A program made the translations under genes and the position numbers. Positions 18,293 through 28,397 of a stretch of 64,000 nt of DNA are shown in pieces (position 1 is the first letter of the stretch; every line of letters begins with the position of its first letter). The DNA comes from an uncultured Lachnospiraceae bacterium (GTDB lineage: Bacteria; Bacillota; Clostridia; Lachnospirales; Lachnospiraceae). Under the pieces are notes generated by a model. The model made no database searches and had not been told where the DNA came from. It saw nothing but the letters and a program-made list of their open reading frames with translations. The stretch is taken from the NCBI GenBank assembly GCA_964450185.1, contig CAYVCL010000002.1, positions 8,482 through 72,481 of the forward strand, read 5' to 3'.

Positions 18293-19483
18293 TTATATAC
18301 TTTTCTGTAACTTTTCTATCATCTCATCCACATGAGCTTTTGTGATAACCAATGGCGGTACCATACGAACCACATTGCTTCCGGCTGTAATTACAATCAG
18401 ATCGTTTTCCAATGCTTTACTTACAATATCTCCCGGTTTTACGCCGTCTTTCACCACAAGTCCCTGCATTAAACCTTTACCACGTCTTGCAGTAAACATA
18501 TCAGAACCAGCCACTAATTCATCCAGTTTTTCTTCCAGATAGCCACTGATTTCCTTTACGTGAGATGTAATATTACGTTCTTCAAAGATTTCAAATACCT
18601 TATCTACCGCTGCACAGGCAAATGGATTTCCGCCATAAGTAGTTCCGTGGTCACCGGCTACTAAGGATGCTTTCGCAGTCTTTTCATTCAACACAAATGC
18701 TCCCACCGGCACACCGCAGCCTAAGGCTTTGGCACATGTCATTACATCCGGTTCCACACCGTATTCCTGCCATGCAAACATGCTTCCTGTTCTACCCATT
18801 CCACACTGAATTTCATCTAAAATCAAAAGAATGTCATTTTCTTCACAAAGTTCTTTGACACCTTTTAAGAATTCTGGTTCTGCCGGATAGATTCCGCCTT
18901 CGCCCTGCACGGTTTCCATAATAATTGCACAGGTTTTTTCATTTATCTGAGCCTTTACGCTTTCCAAATCATTGAACTCTGCAAACTTAATTCCACCAAT
19001 CAAAGGCTTAAACGGTTCCTGATACTTTGTATTTCCGGTAACAGATAACGCTCCTAAGCTTCTTCCGTGGAAAGAATGATTCATTGCAATAATTTCATGG
19101 TCTGTCTTTCCATCTTTGTTGTACGCATACTTTCTAGCCACTTTGATAGCCCCTTCAATGGCTTCTGTACCACTGTTGGTAAAAAATGCCTTGCTTAATC
19201 CGGATGCCTTTACTAATTTTTCTGCTGCTTTTGCTGCCGGAATATTGTAAAACAAATTGGAAGTATGTATTAATTTATCAATCTGAGCCTTTAAAGCATC
19301 GGAATATTCTTTGTCGTTATACCCTAACGCAAATACTGCAATCCCAGCGCCAAAATCCAGATATTTTTTTCCTTCTGCATCATATAAATAAACACCATCG
19401 CCTTTTTCCAATACAATCTGAAAACGATTGTATGTATGAAGAATGTATTCTTCACAGGCATCAATATATTTCTTACTCTCCAT
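18293..19483 (-). CDS. argD: Acetylornithine aminotransferase
   Basis: 396 aa class-III aminotransferase with [11 protein letters not shown] and PLP-lysine context MTCAKALG. Lies in the arg operon. Confidence 0.9.
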   Translation of the reverse strand: MESKKYIDACEEYILHTYNRFQIVLEKGDGVYLYDAEGKKYLDFGAGIAVFALGYNDKEYSDALKAQIDKLIHTSNLFYNIPAAKAAEKLVKASGLSKAFFTNSGTEAIEGAIKVARKYAYNKDGKTDHEIIAMNHSFHGRSLGALSVTGNTKYQEPFKPLIGGIKFAEFNDLESVKAQINEKTCAIIMETVQGEGGIYPAEPEFLKGVKELCEENDILLILDEIQCGMGRTGSMFAWQEYGVEPDVMTCAKALGCGVPVGAFVLNEKTAKASLVAGDHGTTYGGNPFACAAVDKVFEIFEERNITSHVKEISGYLEEKLDELVAGSDMFTARRGKGLMQGLVVKDGVKPGDIVSKALENDLIVITAGSNVVRMVPPLVITKAHVDEMIEKLQKSI

Positions 19484-20369
19484 CGTAGAATTTCATCTCC
19501 TTATCACCTAAAATAGCGGTTCCAATACCTTTGTTTGTAAAGATTTCCAACAACAGACAATGTGGAATTCTTCCGTCTAAAATATGTACTCTGGATACAC
19601 CTTTACGAATAGCATCCATACAGTTATTTAACTTAGGAAGCATACCGCCACCTACCGTTCCATCTTGAATCAAGCCTTCTGCTTCTGACAAAGTAAGTTC
19701 AGAAATCAGGGAACTCTTGTCGGAAGGATCTCTCATAACACCTTCCACGTCTGTTAAGAATGCAAGCTTTTCGGATTTCATTGCTTTTGCAATGGCACAT
19801 GCAGCATCATCCGCATTGATGTTATAAGTATCATAATTATCATCCATTCCGATTGGCGCAATTACAGGAAGGAAATCTTTTTCCAGTAAATCCCAAAGAA
19901 TCTGAGCATTTACTTCCTTTACGTCACCTACATATCCGATATCTTCGCCATTAGAATATTTTTTATCTACTTTCAACAATGCGCCGTCTTTCCCGCTGAT
20001 ACCAATTGCACGAACACCTAACTGTTCAATTTTCTGAACCAGGCTCTTATTTACTTTTCCTAATACCATTTCTGCAATTTCCATGGTTTCTTCATCGGTA
20101 ACACGAAGTCCGTTGATAAACTTTGCTTCTTTACCGGATTTTTCAATCCATTTGCTGATTTCCTTACCGCCACCGTGAACGATAATCGGCTTAAATCCAA
20201 CCAATTTTAACAAAGTTACATCTTCAATTACATTTCTCTTTAACTCTTCATCAATCATGGCACTTCCACCATATTTCACCACGATAACCTTGCGGTTAAA
20301 ACGCTGAATATATGGTAATGCTTCTATTAAAACCTCTGCTTTTTTCAAATAATCGTTGATTTCTGCCAT
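19473..20369 (-). CDS. argB: Acetylglutamate kinase
   Basis: 298 aa amino-acid kinase fold with VVKYGGSAM and IVHGGG motifs. Confidence 0.92.
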   Translation of the reverse strand: MAEINDYLKKAEVLIEALPYIQRFNRKVIVVKYGGSAMIDEELKRNVIEDVTLLKLVGFKPIIVHGGGKEISKWIEKSGKEAKFINGLRVTDEETMEIAEMVLGKVNKSLVQKIEQLGVRAIGISGKDGALLKVDKKYSNGEDIGYVGDVKEVNAQILWDLLEKDFLPVIAPIGMDDNYDTYNINADDAACAIAKAMKSEKLAFLTDVEGVMRDPSDKSSLISELTLSEAEGLIQDGTVGGGMLPKLNNCMDAIRKGVSRVHILDGRIPHCLLLEIFTNKGIGTAILGDKEMKFYDGE

Positions 20370-20386
20370 TTTGTTTTCCTCCTAAA

Positions 20387-21610
20387 TTAAGAACGGTAAT
20401 CTGCATTTATTTTTACATAATCGTAGGTAAGGTCACATCCCCATGCAGTCGCTGATGCATTTCCCATCTTAATATCTGCAATAGCTGTAACTTTATCTTC
20501 GGATAAAATCTTAGTAGCTTCTTCTTCACTGTAATCTACTGCCACACCATTTTCAATAATCTGAATCTTTCCTGCTGCACTTTCAAAGAATAAATCTACC
20601 TTTTCCGGGTCAAACTCTGCTCCAGAATAACCCATGGCACAGAGAATTCTTCCCCAGTTTGCATCATGTCCGTAAATTGCTGCCTTGGTAAGACTGGAAG
20701 TTACCACAGATTTACTTAATGTAACTGCCTGGTCTTTGCTTTCTGCACCAATTACCTTCACTTCAAATAATGCGGTAGCACCTTCACCGTCACCGGCAAT
20801 CATTTTTGCCAGTTCTTCATTTACATAGTGTAATGCTTCTTTAAATTTCTTATAATTTTCATCCTTAGATGTAATTTCTTTATTTCCTGCCATTCCGTTG
20901 GCAAATAATAATACAGTGTCATTAGTAGAAGTATCTCCATCTACAGACACCATATTGTAAGTATCCTGCACATCTTCTTTCAATGCCTGTGTCAGTAATT
21001 CTTTTGAAATGGAAACATCTGTCATAACAAATCCAAGCATTGTACACATATTCGGGTGAATCATACCAGAACCCTTACACATACCACCCACAGTTACAGT
21101 TACTCCATCAATTTCAAAAGTTACTGCCACTTCTTTTGGCATAGTATCTGTGGTCATAATCGCTTCTGCTGCTGCATGACCTGCTTCTTCTGTATCAGAA
21201 AGTGCAGGTACCAGCATGGAAACACCATTGATAATTCTGTCCATCGGTAACTGCATACCAATGACACCGGTAGATGCCACACAGACACTTTCATAAGGAA
21301 TGGATAACTTTTCTGCTGCCGCCTTAGCAGTTTCCATACAGTATCCATAACCTTCTTCTCCTGTACAGGCATTGGCAATTCCTGCATTGATTACGATTGC
21401 CTGAGCGTAATCGGATTCTTCCACTATCATTCTGTCCCATTTTACCGGGGCTGCTTTTACCACATTTGTAGTAAATGTTCCCGCTGCCTTACATGGCTGT
21501 TCGCTGAAAATCATCGCCATATCATTTCTATCTTTATATTTAATTCCTGCCATCGCATTTGCTGCTTTAAAACCCTTTGGTGCTGTTACACCGCCCTTGA
21601 TAATTTCCAT
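20387..21610 (-). CDS. argJ: Bifunctional ornithine acetyltransferase / N-acetylglutamate synthase
   Basis: ArgJ family with the self-cleavage site context HPNMCTMLGFVMTD. ATG 21610 (AGGAGG upstream) preferred over GTG 21634. Confidence 0.92.
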   Translation of the reverse strand: MEIIKGGVTAPKGFKAANAMAGIKYKDRNDMAMIFSEQPCKAAGTFTTNVVKAAPVKWDRMIVEESDYAQAIVINAGIANACTGEEGYGYCMETAKAAAEKLSIPYESVCVASTGVIGMQLPMDRIINGVSMLVPALSDTEEAGHAAAEAIMTTDTMPKEVAVTFEIDGVTVTVGGMCKGSGMIHPNMCTMLGFVMTDVSISKELLTQALKEDVQDTYNMVSVDGDTSTNDTVLLFANGMAGNKEITSKDENYKKFKEALHYVNEELAKMIAGDGEGATALFEVKVIGAESKDQAVTLSKSVVTSSLTKAAIYGHDANWGRILCAMGYSGAEFDPEKVDLFFESAAGKIQIIENGVAVDYSEEEATKILSEDKVTAIADIKMGNASATAWGCDLTYDYVKINADYRS

Positions 21611-21649
21611 ATTTCCTATCCTCCTGTTATCCACAATAGAGCTTACTTT

Positions 21650-22096
21650 TTATACATTAAATGTTGTTATATTTGCTTCATTGATCGTAAGGTCATAATA
21701 ATTCAAGTCTTCTCTGAATTCCCAGCCCATTTTTCTCCAGAATTTGTTTCCCACTTCATTTGTTGTAAATGCAATAATGGAAACTTTATTGATTCCTTCT
21801 TCTTTCAGAGCCTGTATACAGAAATTCACCATGGATTTTCCAATCCCATGCTTTCTATAAGCCTGATCTACGCATACATGATACAGACACCCCCGTCTGC
21901 CATCATGACCGCATAAAATACAACCTACTACTTTTCCATTTTCTTCTGCCACCACACTGGTGGTAGGATTTCTTCTTATAAATTTTGCCACACCTTCTTT
22001 GGAATCATCGATGCTTCGGATTCCAAAGCCACTAATACTAAGCCAAAGCGTATGTACCTGCTCATAATCTTCTTCGGTCATTGCTCTAATATTCAT
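21650..22096 (-). CDS. GNAT-family N-acetyltransferase embedded in the arg operon
   Basis: GNAT acetyl-CoA motif (VCVDQAYRKHGIGKSMV). Start taken at MNIRAMTEEDY (ATG 22096), downstream of the argC stop, instead of the overlapping 22165 start. Confidence 0.75.
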   Translation of the reverse strand: MNIRAMTEEDYEQVHTLWLSISGFGIRSIDDSKEGVAKFIRRNPTTSVVAEENGKVVGCILCGHDGRRGCLYHVCVDQAYRKHGIGKSMVNFCIQALKEEGINKVSIIAFTTNEVGNKFWRKMGWEFREDLNYYDLTINEANITTFNV

Positions 22097-22113
22097 TTTT
22101 TTAATCCTTTTCT

Positions 22114-23061
22114 TTACAGGTTTAATCCCTTGTCTTGTGCACAGCCTAACATTAAATTCAGACACTGAATCGCTGCACCGGAAGCACCTTTTCCAAGATT
22201 GTCAAACTGGGCAGTACATACCATACGTTCTTCATTACCTGTCACGTAAATCTTTAATCCATCCCAGCCGGATAAACCGTTTCCTGCGATAAATCCGCTT
22301 GCTGCCACTTCATCATCTTTTGCGCTTACTTTAATAAACTGTTTGCCCTGATAAAATTCTGCAAAATATTCTAATAAAGAATCCGGTGTCATCTTCTTAG
22401 AAAGCATATCTGCAAACAACGGAACAGACACCACCATACCACTATAATAATCATCAATAATTGGGGAAAACAGCGGTGTTCTCTGTAATCCGGTAATTTT
22501 CTGCATTTCCTTTAAGTGCTTATGCTGCTGTGTCAATGCATATTCTCTACCAGAAGACAATTCTTCTGCTCTGCCTTCACCTTCGTATACTGCAATAGTC
22601 TTCTTTCCTGCTCCACTATAGCCTGACAAAGCAAAGCTGCTGACCGGATAATCTGCCGGAAGAATTCCTCCCTGCACCATTGGGTATACCAATGAAATAA
22701 ATCCGGATGCATAACATCCTGGCACTGCAATACGTTTTCCATTGATAATCTTTTCCTTATGTTCATTGGAAAGTTCCGGAAAGCCATACGCCCATCCTTC
22801 TTCTGTTCTATGAGCTGTGGATGTATCAATGATTTTTACATTTTCGTTTTCTACCAGACTCACTGATTCTCTTGCCGCCACATCCGGAAGACATAAAAAA
22901 GTAATGTCTGACTCATTGATTAATCTTCTTCTCTCATTGACATCCTTTCTTAATTCAGAAGATATTGTCAATAATTCAATATCATCACGTCCCATAAAAC
23001 GTTCATGGATTCTTAAGCCTGTAGTTCCTTCCGAACCGTCAATAAAGATTTTCGTTTTCAT
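22114..23061 (-). CDS. argC: N-acetyl-gamma-glutamyl-phosphate reductase (short form)
   Basis: 315 aa with an N-terminal Rossmann GSEGTTG and the catalytic Cys context VPGCYASG. AAGGAG RBS. Confidence 0.9.
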   Translation of the reverse strand: MKTKIFIDGSEGTTGLRIHERFMGRDDIELLTISSELRKDVNERRRLINESDITFLCLPDVAARESVSLVENENVKIIDTSTAHRTEEGWAYGFPELSNEHKEKIINGKRIAVPGCYASGFISLVYPMVQGGILPADYPVSSFALSGYSGAGKKTIAVYEGEGRAEELSSGREYALTQQHKHLKEMQKITGLQRTPLFSPIIDDYYSGMVVSVPLFADMLSKKMTPDSLLEYFAEFYQGKQFIKVSAKDDEVAASGFIAGNGLSGWDGLKIYVTGNEERMVCTAQFDNLGKGASGAAIQCLNLMLGCAQDKGLNL

Positions 23062-23145
23062 CGTTCATTCTCCTTTAATATGTATTCCTTAATGCATTTT
23101 GCCTTCCATTCTACCACAATGTGGGTTTTCTGGCAACCATTCAAG

Positions 23146-23205
23146 TTTGAATAATTATACATCCATTTTGCATAATATGCAACCTATTTTGCAATTTTAT
23201 GCAAA
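23146..23205. promoter_or_regulatory. Three phased ARG-box-like operators (putative ArgR/AhrC sites)
   Basis: TGAAT-AATT-ATACA (23148-23161), the palindrome TTGCATAATATGCAA (23168-23182) and TGCAA-TTTT-ATGCA (23190-23203). The half-sites start exactly 21 bp apart (23148, 23169, 23190). They lie in the argC/argG divergent intergenic region. Confidence 0.6.
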
Positions 23206-23349
23206 TTTTATTGAGTTTTCCGCTTGCATAATCATACGAAATGCTGTATATTAACTTTAGTTGCTTTACAAAGCATAACAGAAACAGGTGAAAATGTATT
23301 TTTCACTGCGATTAAAATTTAAGTAAAATTACATATGGAGGTAATTATA

Positions 23350-24573
23350 ATGAAAGAAAAAGTAGTACTTGCATATTCCGGTGGACTTGATACAACCGCA
23401 ATCATTCCATGGTTAAAGGAACATTTTGATTATGACGTTATCTGCTGCTGCATTAACTGCGGACAGGGTGAAGAATTAGACGGACTGGAAGAAAGAGCTT
23501 TATTATCCGGTGCTTCTAAATTATATATCGAAGATGTGGTAGATGAATTCTGTGATGATTTCATTATGCCATGTGTACAGGCTGGTTCTGTATACGAAAA
23601 CAAATATTTACTTGGAACTTCCATGGCACGTCCTGTTATCGCTAAGAAATTAGTAGAAGTTGCCCGTAAAGAAAACGCTGTTGCTATCTGCCACGGTGCT
23701 ACAGGAAAAGGAAACGACCAGATTCGTTTCGAACTTGGTATCAAAGCGTTAGCTCCAGACATTAAAATCATCGCTCCTTGGAGAATGACAGATATCTGGA
23801 CAATGCAGTCAAGAGAAGATGAAATTGAATATTGCCAGAAACATGGTATCAACCTTCCATTCTCTGCGGATTCCAGCTACAGCCGTGACCGTAACTTATG
23901 GCACATCAGCCATGAAGGTTTGGAATTAGAAGATCCAGCCAACGAACCAAACTATGACCACTTATTAGTTCTTGGCGTTTCTCCTGAAAAAGCTCCAGAC
24001 GAAGGCGAATATGTAACCATGACTTTCGAAAAAGGTGTTCCTACTTCCGTAAACGGAAAGAAAATGAAAGTTTCTGAAATCATCACTGAATTAAACGCAT
24101 TAGGCGGAAAACATGGTATTGGTATTGTTGATATCGTAGAAAACCGTGTTGTTGGTATGAAATCCCGTGGTGTTTATGAAACTCCGGGTGGAACCATTCT
24201 TATGGAAGCTCACAACCAGTTAGAAGAATTAGTTTTAGACCGTGCTACTATGGAAACAAAGAAAGATATGGCAAACAAATTTGCACAGATCGTTTACGAA
24301 GGAAAATGGTTTACACCACTTCGTGAAGCTGTACAGGCATTTGTAGAATCCACACAGAACTACGTTACTGGTGAAGTAAAATTCAAATTATACAAAGGTA
24401 ACATTATCAAAGCTGGAACTACTTCTCCATATTCCTTATATAGTGAATCCTTAGCAAGCTTTACAACTGGTGAATTATATGATCACCATGACGCTGATGG
24501 TTTCATTACATTATTCGGACTTCCATTAAAGGTTCGTGCAATGAAACTTGCAGAAGTAGAAAACAATAAATAA
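23350..24573 (+). CDS. argG: Argininosuccinate synthase
   Basis: AYSGGLDTT ATP-PPase motif. ATG 23350 (GGAGG upstream) preferred over 23335. Confidence 0.95.
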   Translation: MKEKVVLAYSGGLDTTAIIPWLKEHFDYDVICCCINCGQGEELDGLEERALLSGASKLYIEDVVDEFCDDFIMPCVQAGSVYENKYLLGTSMARPVIAKKLVEVARKENAVAICHGATGKGNDQIRFELGIKALAPDIKIIAPWRMTDIWTMQSREDEIEYCQKHGINLPFSADSSYSRDRNLWHISHEGLELEDPANEPNYDHLLVLGVSPEKAPDEGEYVTMTFEKGVPTSVNGKKMKVSEIITELNALGGKHGIGIVDIVENRVVGMKSRGVYETPGGTILMEAHNQLEELVLDRATMETKKDMANKFAQIVYEGKWFTPLREAVQAFVESTQNYVTGEVKFKLYKGNIIKAGTTSPYSLYSESLASFTTGELYDHHDADGFITLFGLPLKVRAMKLAEVENNK

Positions 24574-24591
24574 TTATATCTAAGTCAAATC

Positions 24592-24627
24592 AGGAAGAAA
24601 TAAAAGTTTTTTATTTCTTCCTTTTTT
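24592..24627 (+). terminator. Rho-independent terminator of argG
   Basis: 14-bp perfect stem AGGAAGAAATAAAA (24592-24605) / TTTTATTTCTTCCT (24609-24622), then T5. Confidence 0.85.
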
Positions 24628-24659
24628 ATTATGCATTTTTTACAAAAATAAAATGTTGT

Positions 24660-24688
24660 TTGACGAGCTTTTTTTTACTGTGTATAAT
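24660..24688 (+). promoter_or_regulatory. Sigma-A-type promoter
   Basis: TTGACG (24660-24665), a 17-nt spacer, then TATAAT (24683-24688), upstream of the DHH gene. Confidence 0.6.
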
Positions 24689-24776
24689 ATCATTAGGGAA
24701 AACTATAATTTACTTTATTTCATCGAACTTATGGAATATGGTTATATGAGTAAGAGGGATTAAGGAGTATAATTCT

Positions 24777-25769
24777 ATGACGAATTTAGACAGGATTTTA
24801 AGCCATATAAAAAACAAGCACGTGTATATTCAAACCCATAATTTTCCAGATCCGGATGCTATTGCCTCCGCATTTGGTCTTCAGCAGTTGCTTGCTTCCA
24901 AAGGAGTTACTTCTTCTATATGCCATTATGGCAAAATTGACAGTTACAGCACAAACAAAATGATTGAAAGCCTTGGAATCCAGATTACCAACGTAGATAT
25001 TAACTCCCGTTCTACTGAAGATGATGAAATCATTCTGGTGGATTCCCAGAAGGGGAATTCCAACATCCATGATTTGCCTGGAAATGAAATTATCTGTCTT
25101 GACCATCATCCGGCATTTGACAATATTGAATATCGTTTTTCCGATATTCGTCCGGAACTGGGGGCCTGTGCTTCCATGGTGGCTCAATATTTTATAGAAA
25201 ACAACATACATATCGACCGAAATACTGCCACAGCTTTGTTGTATGGTATCAAAATTGATACCGCCAACTTAACCAGAGGCGTATCTGAGTTGGATTTGGA
25301 AATGTTCTATACCTTATATGGTAAAAGTGATATTGCTCTTTTGGAAGCACTGGATCACGCTACCATTAAGCTTACAGATTTAAAATCTTATGCCAATGCC
25401 ATTAATTCTATTAAGGTATTTGACGATATCAGCTTTGCCAATACCGGCGCCGGCTGTCCGGAACCTTTGATTGCCAGCATTTCTGATTTTATGCTGGATT
25501 TGGCTGAAGTACATTTTTCCGTTGTCTATTCCTATAAAGATGAGGGCGTAAAGCTTTCTGTACGTAGTGATAAGGCTTTATACGACTCAGGATATATTAC
25601 CAAAGCGGCTTTAGATGGCTTTGGTAGAGGTGGCGGTCACCCTGCCATGGCAGGTGGATTTATTCCTTATACAAGAGATGATAAAATGGATGCCATGATT
25701 CCTGCCATTTTGGAAATGCGCTTTTTAAGAGCAATTTCTGAGCGGGATGCTGCAAACCATAAAAAATAG
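24777..25769 (+). CDS. DHH/DHHA1-family phosphoesterase (NrnA-like)
   Basis: 330 aa with motifs HNFPDPDAIAS, CLDHHP and GGGHPAMAGG. AAGGAG RBS. Confidence 0.85.
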   Translation: MTNLDRILSHIKNKHVYIQTHNFPDPDAIASAFGLQQLLASKGVTSSICHYGKIDSYSTNKMIESLGIQITNVDINSRSTEDDEIILVDSQKGNSNIHDLPGNEIICLDHHPAFDNIEYRFSDIRPELGACASMVAQYFIENNIHIDRNTATALLYGIKIDTANLTRGVSELDLEMFYTLYGKSDIALLEALDHATIKLTDLKSYANAINSIKVFDDISFANTGAGCPEPLIASISDFMLDLAEVHFSVVYSYKDEGVKLSVRSDKALYDSGYITKAALDGFGRGGGHPAMAGGFIPYTRDDKMDAMIPAILEMRFLRAISERDAANHKK

Positions 25770-25798
25770 AACCTTGCCTCTGGCAAGGTTCTATTTTT
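25761..25798. terminator. Bidirectional Rho-independent terminator
   Basis: 12-bp stem TAGAACCTTGCC (25767-25778) / GGCAAGGTTCTA (25782-25793), flanked by A6 (25761-25766) and T5 (25794-25798). It lies between convergent genes. Confidence 0.85.
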
Positions 25799-25808
25799 AT
25801 GTTCTCGC

Positions 25809-26045
25809 TTATTCTTCTGCGTTAATATTTGTTACATACTCATCAAAAGCACTCATATCTGCAGTAACTTCTACCGGTTTCATCTGATAAGACTGATAAG
25901 AGTAGTATCCGATTCCTCCGATTACAAGTACTACTGCCAAAGCTGCTACTGCTTTACATATCTTTTTCTTGATTTTAGCTTTCTTTAAATTCTGTTTACG
26001 GTTTGCTTTCTCTTTTTTATAGCGTTCCACTTTTTCCTGACTCAT
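25809..26045 (-). CDS. Small basic membrane-anchored hypothetical protein
   Basis: 78 aa with a Lys-rich N-terminus and a single TM segment AVAALAVVLVIGGIGYY. Confidence 0.5.
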   Translation of the reverse strand: MSQEKVERYKKEKANRKQNLKKAKIKKKICKAVAALAVVLVIGGIGYYSYQSYQMKPVEVTADMSAFDEYVTNINAEE

Positions 26046-26201
26046 GGTATTCCCTCACTTCGTTTCTCCAAGTATTTCTGTATACATTTCTCATGCACTC
26101 TTTCTATCATACCAGTAAAATGGGGAAATGGCAAGAGATAGTCATATTATTTTCACATTTCGGATGAAAGGCAATTCAATCCTTGTGGGAAGTTGGTTGG
26201 C

Positions 26202-26879
26202 TTAAGACTTTAGGTACTGGTTGAATTTTAGTAAGCCTGTTTTACTTCCGGATAGGAATAGGATATCATTCTTTTGGAATGTGTATTCTGGTTGGATTAC
26301 TTCTAGGACGGTTCCGTTGTTTTCTATGGCGATGATGTTTAGACCGAAATTGGAGCGGAGGTCTAGGGATATTACGGTTTTTCCTAGGATTTTTTGTGGT
26401 GCTTGCATTTTGGATACGTTGATGGTTTCGCTTAGTTGAACAAAGTCTAGTATTCGGGAGGTTTCTAGGCGGCTGGCTAGACGGATTGCCATATCTCGTT
26501 CTGGATAAACTACTTCTGCACCTAGTTTTTCTAAGATGATTCCGTGTTCTGCGCTTGTTGCTTTGGAAATGACCGTTGGAATTCCTAAGGATACAAGGTT
26601 TAATGTGGTGAGAATGGAGGTATCCATATGTTCACCGATGCAGACCACTGCCACATCACAGTTTTGTATCCCTGTATCCAACAGTGTCTTTTTATCAAGC
26701 TTTTTTACTACAAACGTATTTTCGGTAACCTCACGTAATTCACGAATTTTTTCTTCATCACTGTCAATTACAATCAATTCTGCCTTAGATGCTGCTAATT
26801 CCATGGCTAAAGCATAGCCAAAGCGTCCCAAGCCTATAATTCCATAAATCAATTTTTCATTTTTTTCTTTTTGAAACAT
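26202..26879 (-). CDS. ktrA: K+ uptake system, NAD-binding peripheral subunit (KtrA/TrkA-N + TrkA-C)
   Basis: 225 aa with Rossmann motif IIGLGRFG. It is adjacent to the TrkH/KtrB-family membrane subunit. Confidence 0.88.
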   Translation of the reverse strand: MFQKEKNEKLIYGIIGLGRFGYALAMELAASKAELIVIDSDEEKIRELREVTENTFVVKKLDKKTLLDTGIQNCDVAVVCIGEHMDTSILTTLNLVSLGIPTVISKATSAEHGIILEKLGAEVVYPERDMAIRLASRLETSRILDFVQLSETINVSKMQAPQKILGKTVISLDLRSNFGLNIIAIENNGTVLEVIQPEYTFQKNDILFLSGSKTGLLKFNQYLKS

Positions 26880-26891
26880 ATTTTCCCCTTT

Positions 26892-28295
26892 CTATCCAAT
26901 CACAATATTTCCCTCCGGAAAGCTGACTCTTTCGCCTCTGGAAAAGTACCAGAGAGAGGCTATTGTCAAAGGCCCTAAACGTCCTATATACATAATTAGA
27001 ATGGACAAAATTTTACTGCCCACACTGAGCCCCGGTGTGATACCGGTAGATAAACCAACAGTGCCAAAAGCACTGGTAATTTCAAACAATGCATCCCTCA
27101 ATGAAATATCAGGCTCCATAACAGCCATTGCATACGTTCCACTGAATACGATTGCCAATGCCAACAACGTAATCACTGCAGCTTTCCGAAAGGCTTCTTT
27201 TGGAATTGCATAATGAAATGCCTTTTCCGACTTATTTGTGGCCGCTGATTTTATCCCCTGAAGCAATACAAAGAAGGTGCTGGTTTTAATGCCGCCACCG
27301 GTAGAACCGGGTGAGGCTCCTATCAACATTAATACAATTACCACAAGTAAACCGGCGTTAGAAAAATCCCCCAATGCATAGGTAGAAAAGCCTGCTGTTC
27401 TTGCGGATATACTGCAAAAAAACGCCCCAAGCCAGCTAATATCTTCTGTTAACTTAATAAGAACAGTGCCAACCACAATTAACACTCCACTTACACTCAA
27501 AACAACTTTTGCATGCATGGTAAGCTTTTTCCAATGCAGCTTTTTGCTCCAAAGCTCACGGATAACAAGAAATCCTATACCACCAAAGAAAATCAATCCA
27601 CAGGTCACTAGATTAAGTAAAATATCATTTTGGTATGGTATTAGATTTTGATAATTCCCTAAAATGTCAAAACCGGAATTATTAAAAGCTGCTACCGAAT
27701 GAAACAAGCTAATTCCTATTGCTTTTAACAGCGGATAATCCTGCACAAACACGAAAAAGCTAAGTATTGCCCCTGTTATTTCAAATAATAATGTTGTGAG
27801 AAAAATATTTTTTATAAAAGTGACAATACCTTTTCCCGAATTTAGATTCATTGCTTCCCGAATCAGATTTCGTCCCTTCAAATCAACTTTTTTGCCCACT
27901 GCAAGGATAATTCCGGCTCCCACTGCGGTCACCCCCAATCCTCCTGTTTGTATCAACAAAGCAAGAAAAAATTGTCCCAGAGGTGTAAAAGTATCCCCGG
28001 CATCCACTGCAATCAATCCAGTCACACACACCGCACTTGTGGACGTATAAAGAGCATCTATGTACTGTAGCTCTACCCCTTCTTTCACACTGCATGGCAG
28101 CATCAGTAAAACAGAACCCAGCAAAATTGCAAAGGCAAAGCCAAAGGCTATAATTCGTGCCGGCAGTTGTGTCTTTAAAAACTTCTTCATAGAATTGTTT
28201 CTTTTCCCCTTTCCTGCAATAAAAATGAATATAAAAAGAGAGCATACAACTCCAATCACACATATTGTAGTTATACGCTCCCGTATTTTATGCAT
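26892..28295 (-). CDS. ktrB: K+ transporter membrane subunit (TrkH/KtrB family)
   Basis: 467-aa polytopic protein with repeated pore-loop-like GLGV / TGGGIKT segments. The true start may be the internal MKKFLKTQLP (ATG 28190). Confidence 0.85.
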   Translation of the reverse strand: MHKIRERITTICVIGVVCSLFIFIFIAGKGKRNNSMKKFLKTQLPARIIAFGFAFAILLGSVLLMLPCSVKEGVELQYIDALYTSTSAVCVTGLIAVDAGDTFTPLGQFFLALLIQTGGLGVTAVGAGIILAVGKKVDLKGRNLIREAMNLNSGKGIVTFIKNIFLTTLLFEITGAILSFFVFVQDYPLLKAIGISLFHSVAAFNNSGFDILGNYQNLIPYQNDILLNLVTCGLIFFGGIGFLVIRELWSKKLHWKKLTMHAKVVLSVSGVLIVVGTVLIKLTEDISWLGAFFCSISARTAGFSTYALGDFSNAGLLVVIVLMLIGASPGSTGGGIKTSTFFVLLQGIKSAATNKSEKAFHYAIPKEAFRKAAVITLLALAIVFSGTYAMAVMEPDISLRDALFEITSAFGTVGLSTGITPGLSVGSKILSILIMYIGRLGPLTIASLWYFSRGERVSFPEGNIVIG

Positions 28296-28397
28296 ATGCT
28301 ACTGCGCCAAATGCTTGAAACACCAGTTTCTATATGCTTTTATCCTGTTTTTGTATTTTTCATAGCTATTACACCGACAAGTATACACCATTGCAAA

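Noticed and set aside
22097-22165. N-terminal extensions in the ORF track. Examples are GNAT 22165, NRPS-B TTG 49886, membrane protein 32136, PPTase 40188, argJ GTG 21634, argG 23335, yigZ GTG 37145, M18 GTG 30675 and RR GTG 16175.
   Set aside because: In each case an internal ATG with a canonical GGAGG/AGGAG-type SD 5-10 nt upstream removes an implausible overlap with the upstream gene. It also matches the usual family N-terminus.
28296-28397. A possible c-di-AMP (ydaO/kimA-type) riboswitch upstream of the ktrB-ktrA K+ uptake genes.
   Set aside because: The gap is only about 100 nt, or about 200 nt if the internal start at 28190 is used. I could not find the characteristic pseudo-two-fold ACGC/GGGGA-type conserved cores. 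The evidence is insufficient.
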